A DNA stretch of 18,604 bases from Ignisphaera sp. (GTDB lineage Archaea; Thermoproteota; Thermoprotei_A; Sulfolobales; Ignisphaeraceae): contig JAWAHS010000004.1 of assembly GCA_038889075.1 (NCBI GenBank), positions 60,130 to 78,733 on the forward strand, written 5' to 3'. Below, in pieces: positions 15,016 through 18,604 of this stretch; the first letter of the stretch is position 1, and each line of letters starts with the position of its first letter. A program made the translations under genes and the position numbers. Under the pieces are notes generated by a model that saw only the letters and a list, made by a program, of their open reading frames with translations, ran no database searches and was not told where the DNA came from.

Positions 15016-16659
15016 ATGGTGCTTATCTTTAGAGTTAAGAAGCTGGCTACAACATCCGATAGCTCTGTGAATGTAGATCTCATTGCTGATGCCATTGTAT
15101 CTGGTGGGGACTCTTCTCTGCTACTATATCGGTTGAATCCTGTTAAGGCTGCTAAAGTGGGTTTTCAGAGAGCTATTTCCATTCTCGATAATATTGGTGT
15201 GTATCTTCCAGCTGAGATTAAGTCACTTATAGAATCTCTTGAGAGGGAATATATAGATGTGTATCTCACACTAGAGTCTCCGGATATCATAATGTATACA
15301 GGTTCTAGCAAATTTGTTAGGAGCCTAAGGGCTGAGAGGCTGGTGATCTTTGATAGAAAGACAGCAACCCTTAGGTTGATGCCAAAGAATCTGCATAGGG
15401 TGCTGGAGATTGCTGAGAGGCAGGGTCTAAAGTGTAAGCTTGGTTTTGAGCTGAACTATAGGGCTTCTTTTGAGGCCCATCTAAAGATTGAGCTGAGAGA
15501 CTATCAGCTTGAGGCCTATAGGGCGTGGGTTGATAGTGGCTATAGAGGTGTTGTAGTGCTTCCCGTGGCTGCTGGAAAGACGATGGTTGCTCTAAAGGCT
15601 ATAGAGGAGCTGGGCATTAAAACGCTGATCCTAGTTCCCACAATAGATCTTCTAAATCAGTGGTCTGAGAATATCGTAAGATACCTATCTATATCTGTAA
15701 ATAAGATCGGCATCTATGGTGGTGGGAGGAGGGAACTAAACGATGTAACTATAATGACATACGACTCTGCCTATATAAACTTGGAGAGGTATCCAAATCT
15801 CTTTGGTCTTGTTATCGCCGATGAGTGTCACCATGCTGTTAGCCCAAGCTATAGAAGGGCTCTAGAGAATTTAACAGCGCCATATAGAATGGGGCTAACA
15901 GCAACTCCATATAGAAGCGATGGTCTTCATAAACACTATGAGGATGTGATAGGGCCTATTGTATATTCGCTGGAGAGTGAAAGTCTGCAGTTGAGAGGTT
16001 ATCTGGCTAGGCATAGGGAGGAGAAGGTATATGTAACGCTACCAGAGGAGGAGCTTGGGGAGTATAGGAGGCTTATGAGGATATATCTAGAGTTCTGTAG
16101 AAAGAGATTTCCAAGCATCAGAGATCCTAGGGAAAGGTTTAGAAGGGTGCTGGAGCTAGCCTCAAGGGATCAGGCGGCGAGGGAGGCACTAAGAGCAAAG
16201 CATAGAGCCAGAAGGATAGCTCTAAGCAATGAGAAGAAGATTGCTGTTGTTGAGGAGCTCCTATCCAGATACAAAGATGAAAAGATACTGATATTCTCAC
16301 GATTTACAGATATAGTTAGAGAGATATCTAGGCGGTTTCTGATACCCAGAATACTCCACGACACACCCGATGAAGAGAGGAAGGAATATCTGAAGATGTT
16401 TAGAGAGGGTAGGATAAGAGTTCTTGCAACAGCCATGGCACTCGATGAAGGTGTTGATGTCCCAGATGCCTCAGTGGCTATAGTTGTAAGTGGAACTGGA
16501 TCACATAGAGAGTATATACAGAGGCTGGGTAGAATTCTAAGACCGAAGAGTAGAGAGGCTATACTCATCGAGATCATAACTAGGAGAACGATAGAGCCAT
16601 CGATGGCTAGAAGAAGGAGGAGATTCGATATTTTCGTTGATAGAGAGGAGAGACCTTGA
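15016..16659 (+). CDS. xpb: XPB/Rad25/Ssl2-like superfamily 2 DNA helicase
   Basis: Q motif LRDYQLEA, motif I VLPVAAGKT, Ia LVPTIDLLNQW, II DECHH, III GLTATPYRSDG, V LDEGVDVPD, VI YIQRLGRILR. TATA-like aaaaacttataaat at 14946-14959. Confidence 0.9.
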   Translation: MVLIFRVKKLATTSDSSVNVDLIADAIVSGGDSSLLLYRLNPVKAAKVGFQRAISILDNIGVYLPAEIKSLIESLEREYIDVYLTLESPDIIMYTGSSKFVRSLRAERLVIFDRKTATLRLMPKNLHRVLEIAERQGLKCKLGFELNYRASFEAHLKIELRDYQLEAYRAWVDSGYRGVVVLPVAAGKTMVALKAIEELGIKTLILVPTIDLLNQWSENIVRYLSISVNKIGIYGGGRRELNDVTIMTYDSAYINLERYPNLFGLVIADECHHAVSPSYRRALENLTAPYRMGLTATPYRSDGLHKHYEDVIGPIVYSLESESLQLRGYLARHREEKVYVTLPEEELGEYRRLMRIYLEFCRKRFPSIRDPRERFRRVLELASRDQAAREALRAKHRARRIALSNEKKIAVVEELLSRYKDEKILIFSRFTDIVREISRRFLIPRILHDTPDEERKEYLKMFREGRIRVLATAMALDEGVDVPDASVAIVVSGTGSHREYIQRLGRILRPKSREAILIEIITRRTIEPSMARRRRRFDIFVDREERP

Positions 16660-17876
16660 CCTATGGGAGGAAGAATCTGAGGCTTGTCTACCGCCCTGGA
16701 AGGGTATATCCACTCTACCTAGATCCTGGGAGAGATAGAGATCTTATTAGAGAGGTGCTGCAGTTCTATCTAGATAATGAGGGGAGGCGTTTTGGGGATA
16801 TCGATTGGGAGGAGCTTAGAATAGTAGTAGGTGATGATAGACTCTACAATGCATTGAGAAAGACTATGTCCTACTTCTTTAAACCGCTACAGGTAGAAGG
16901 AAAGGTTGATCCAAGGATCTTGAGGCTTAGAGTCTTTCAGCTTGTAAATACAAAATTTGGAGGCTTTGTACCACAGAGTAGTCGGGGTGAAGCTATAGAG
17001 CTTCTAAAGAGGGAGGTTGGTGTAGATGGGGATCTAGATAAGCTTCTGTGGATCGATGATCTGGATGAGCTTCCACTAACGAGAGTAGCCAATCCATCTA
17101 TTGAGGATATTGCTAGGGTATACAATTTGGAGACTGTGGACACTGTATGTGTAAACTCATCGAGAATATCTATAGAGATTGGAAGGTATGAGAAGCTTCT
17201 AGGAAACATCGCTAGATCTATCGGAAGGCTATCAAAGCTCTATGGTCTTGTATACGATATGAGGTACCATGGAAATGTGTTTAGAGCGGTTATCGAGGGA
17301 CCCAGAAGCCTATTTAGAAGACCAACGGTGTACGGCTCTAGACTCTCACTTCTACTTCTAAAGATTATCGATATGCTGTATTCATCCAGAGTGTGGTGGC
17401 GTGTAGAATCTGAGACACACCTAACTAGAAAAACCATCAATATTGAAATCCTCTCAAATAGTTTAAAGCCTATTCTAGCTACTGGAGGTATTGAGTATGA
17501 GGTTAAGCAGGTTTTTGATAGCTCTATAGAGGAGTCCATCTATAGAGTACTGAATTCGCTAGGTATAGATATTAGGAGGGAGGAAGAGCCTATAGCACTC
17601 GGTCAGCTACTCTACCTCCCAGACTTTAAGATATATAGAAATGGCAAAGTCTACTACCTCGAGGTTGCAGGCTTTTGGAGAAAGGAGTATGCAGAGAAGA
17701 AGGCGTATAAGCTTCGCGAAGTTTCAAAAGCTCTAAACAACCTCATAGTCGTTGCAGACGAGAATCTAAAGCCATTCCTAGAGAAGATCGGTGTACCCGT
17801 GATATACTATACCGTAGTGCAGGGAAAGCCTGTGCTTCCATATAAAAGGATCATAGATATCATAGATGGGAAATAG
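16656..17876 (+). CDS. bax1: DUF790 family endonuclease (Bax1-like XPB partner)
   Basis: TTGA start/stop overlap with the helicase; GPRSLF..PTVYG.RL; FDSSIEE; LYLPDF; YLEVAGFWRKEYAEKK. Confidence 0.85.
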   Translation: MTYGRKNLRLVYRPGRVYPLYLDPGRDRDLIREVLQFYLDNEGRRFGDIDWEELRIVVGDDRLYNALRKTMSYFFKPLQVEGKVDPRILRLRVFQLVNTKFGGFVPQSSRGEAIELLKREVGVDGDLDKLLWIDDLDELPLTRVANPSIEDIARVYNLETVDTVCVNSSRISIEIGRYEKLLGNIARSIGRLSKLYGLVYDMRYHGNVFRAVIEGPRSLFRRPTVYGSRLSLLLLKIIDMLYSSRVWWRVESETHLTRKTINIEILSNSLKPILATGGIEYEVKQVFDSSIEESIYRVLNSLGIDIRREEEPIALGQLLYLPDFKIYRNGKVYYLEVAGFWRKEYAEKKAYKLREVSKALNNLIVVADENLKPFLEKIGVPVIYYTVVQGKPVLPYKRIIDIIDGK

Positions 17877-17895
17877 TCTGGATATAGAGTATCGG

Positions 17896-18604
17896 CTACT
17901 GTTTAGAACTCTCCTGGCTTTTAATGGCACCTGTAACTAGGTAGAGGATGTATATAGCTTTAGCCCGTGATTCTGCGAAGTTCTGAATATACTGTGAAAC
18001 TGATTTGAATAGCTCCTCAATGCTACCGATGTTTGCGGTGCCGATAAGCTTGGAGTGGAGGGATACTACATCTATAGGCTTTACCTCAAGATCTCTAACC
18101 TTAACCTCTTCAAGTATTGAGGATAGCGCTGGAGTATCTATCCCTAGTCCAACAAGCTCATCCCTAATGCCAACGGCTCTCTCTCTAACAATATCTATAA
18201 GCCTCTTTAGATTAGCTCTCTGTAGCTCCCTAACTATGGAGTCCACATCGTAGACTACGAGCTTGAAGTCACCATAGTAGACGATATCCTCAATAGTGCT
18301 CTCAATATCTCTTAGGCTTTTTGGAGGTGGTGTAAATGGGTATCTTATATACAGCTCGCTACATCCTTTGACCTCCTCACCATCGAATATGGAGATGCCT
18401 GTGATAACCTTTGGTATGGGGGTATCCTCATCGACCATCCATGTCACGGCCTCTAGGCTGAGTATTTTAAGGGCTCTGCTGGGCTTTGGTATGGAGAACA
18501 CTCTATCTCTAAAAACTGCAGGTAGCCTATCCTTAAGCATGATATAGTCTACGGCTCTAATCGATGCACTCTTAACTACTGAGAGGTCTATACCGAGGCT
18601 GATG
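17896..18604 (-). CDS. C-terminal portion of a larger protein (start lies beyond the window); possible degenerate RNase H-like/DEDD domain
   Basis: The frame stays open from 18540 to the window end (ISLGIDLSVVKSASIRAVDYI-MLKDRL...). Convergent with the DUF790 gene across a 19-nt gap. Confidence 0.75.
   Translation of the reverse strand, partial: ISLGIDLSVVKSASIRAVDYIMLKDRLPAVFRDRVFSIPKPSRALKILSLEAVTWMVDEDTPIPKVITGISIFDGEEVKGCSELYIRYPFTPPPKSLRDIESTIEDIVYYGDFKLVVYDVDSIVRELQRANLKRLIDIVRERAVGIRDELVGLGIDTPALSSILEEVKVRDLEVKPIDVVSLHSKLIGTANIGSIEELFKSVSQYIQNFAESRAKAIYILYLVTGAIKSQESSKQ

Noticed and set aside
45-18547. Remaining antisense or nested ORFs in the track (e.g. 45-374, 2235-2579, 3995-4309, 4894-5424, 9527-9835, 16170-16577, 18005-18253)
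   Set aside because: They lie opposite well-supported genes, are Ser/Ile-biased as expected for shadow frames, and show no motifs.

Overview
Archaeal chromosomal window. SD motifs GGAGG/GAGGTG, BRE-TATA promoters, ATA/CTA/AGA codons and gene content point to a hyperthermophilic Thermoproteota/Desulfurococcales organism, possibly Ignisphaera-like (inference). In order it contains: the 3' end of an ABC-2 permease; a ~280-bp GC-rich, hairpin-dense non-autonomous IS607/IS200-IS605-type element that keeps the 3' tail of tnpB and an omegaRNA-like scaffold with a K-turn; RidA; a COG2426 membrane protein; a minimal sufC-sufB (SMS) Fe-S operon; a DUF2148 protein; a two-gene unit led by a degenerate PD-(D/E)xK protein; a GH31 alpha-xylosidase-like glycosidase; a wHTH plus beta-rich orphan pair; a family-5 ABC importer (two permeases and a membrane-anchored binding protein) whose ATPase survives only as a decayed remnant; an XPB-like helicase translationally coupled to a DUF790/Bax1 nuclease; and the C-terminal part of a larger convergent gene. 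The strongest novelty candidates are the orphan omegaRNA-like MITE, the uncharacterised two-gene modules, and the SufC and DUF2148 proteins that lack their expected cysteine motifs. All family calls come from motifs recognised by eye; no searches were run.
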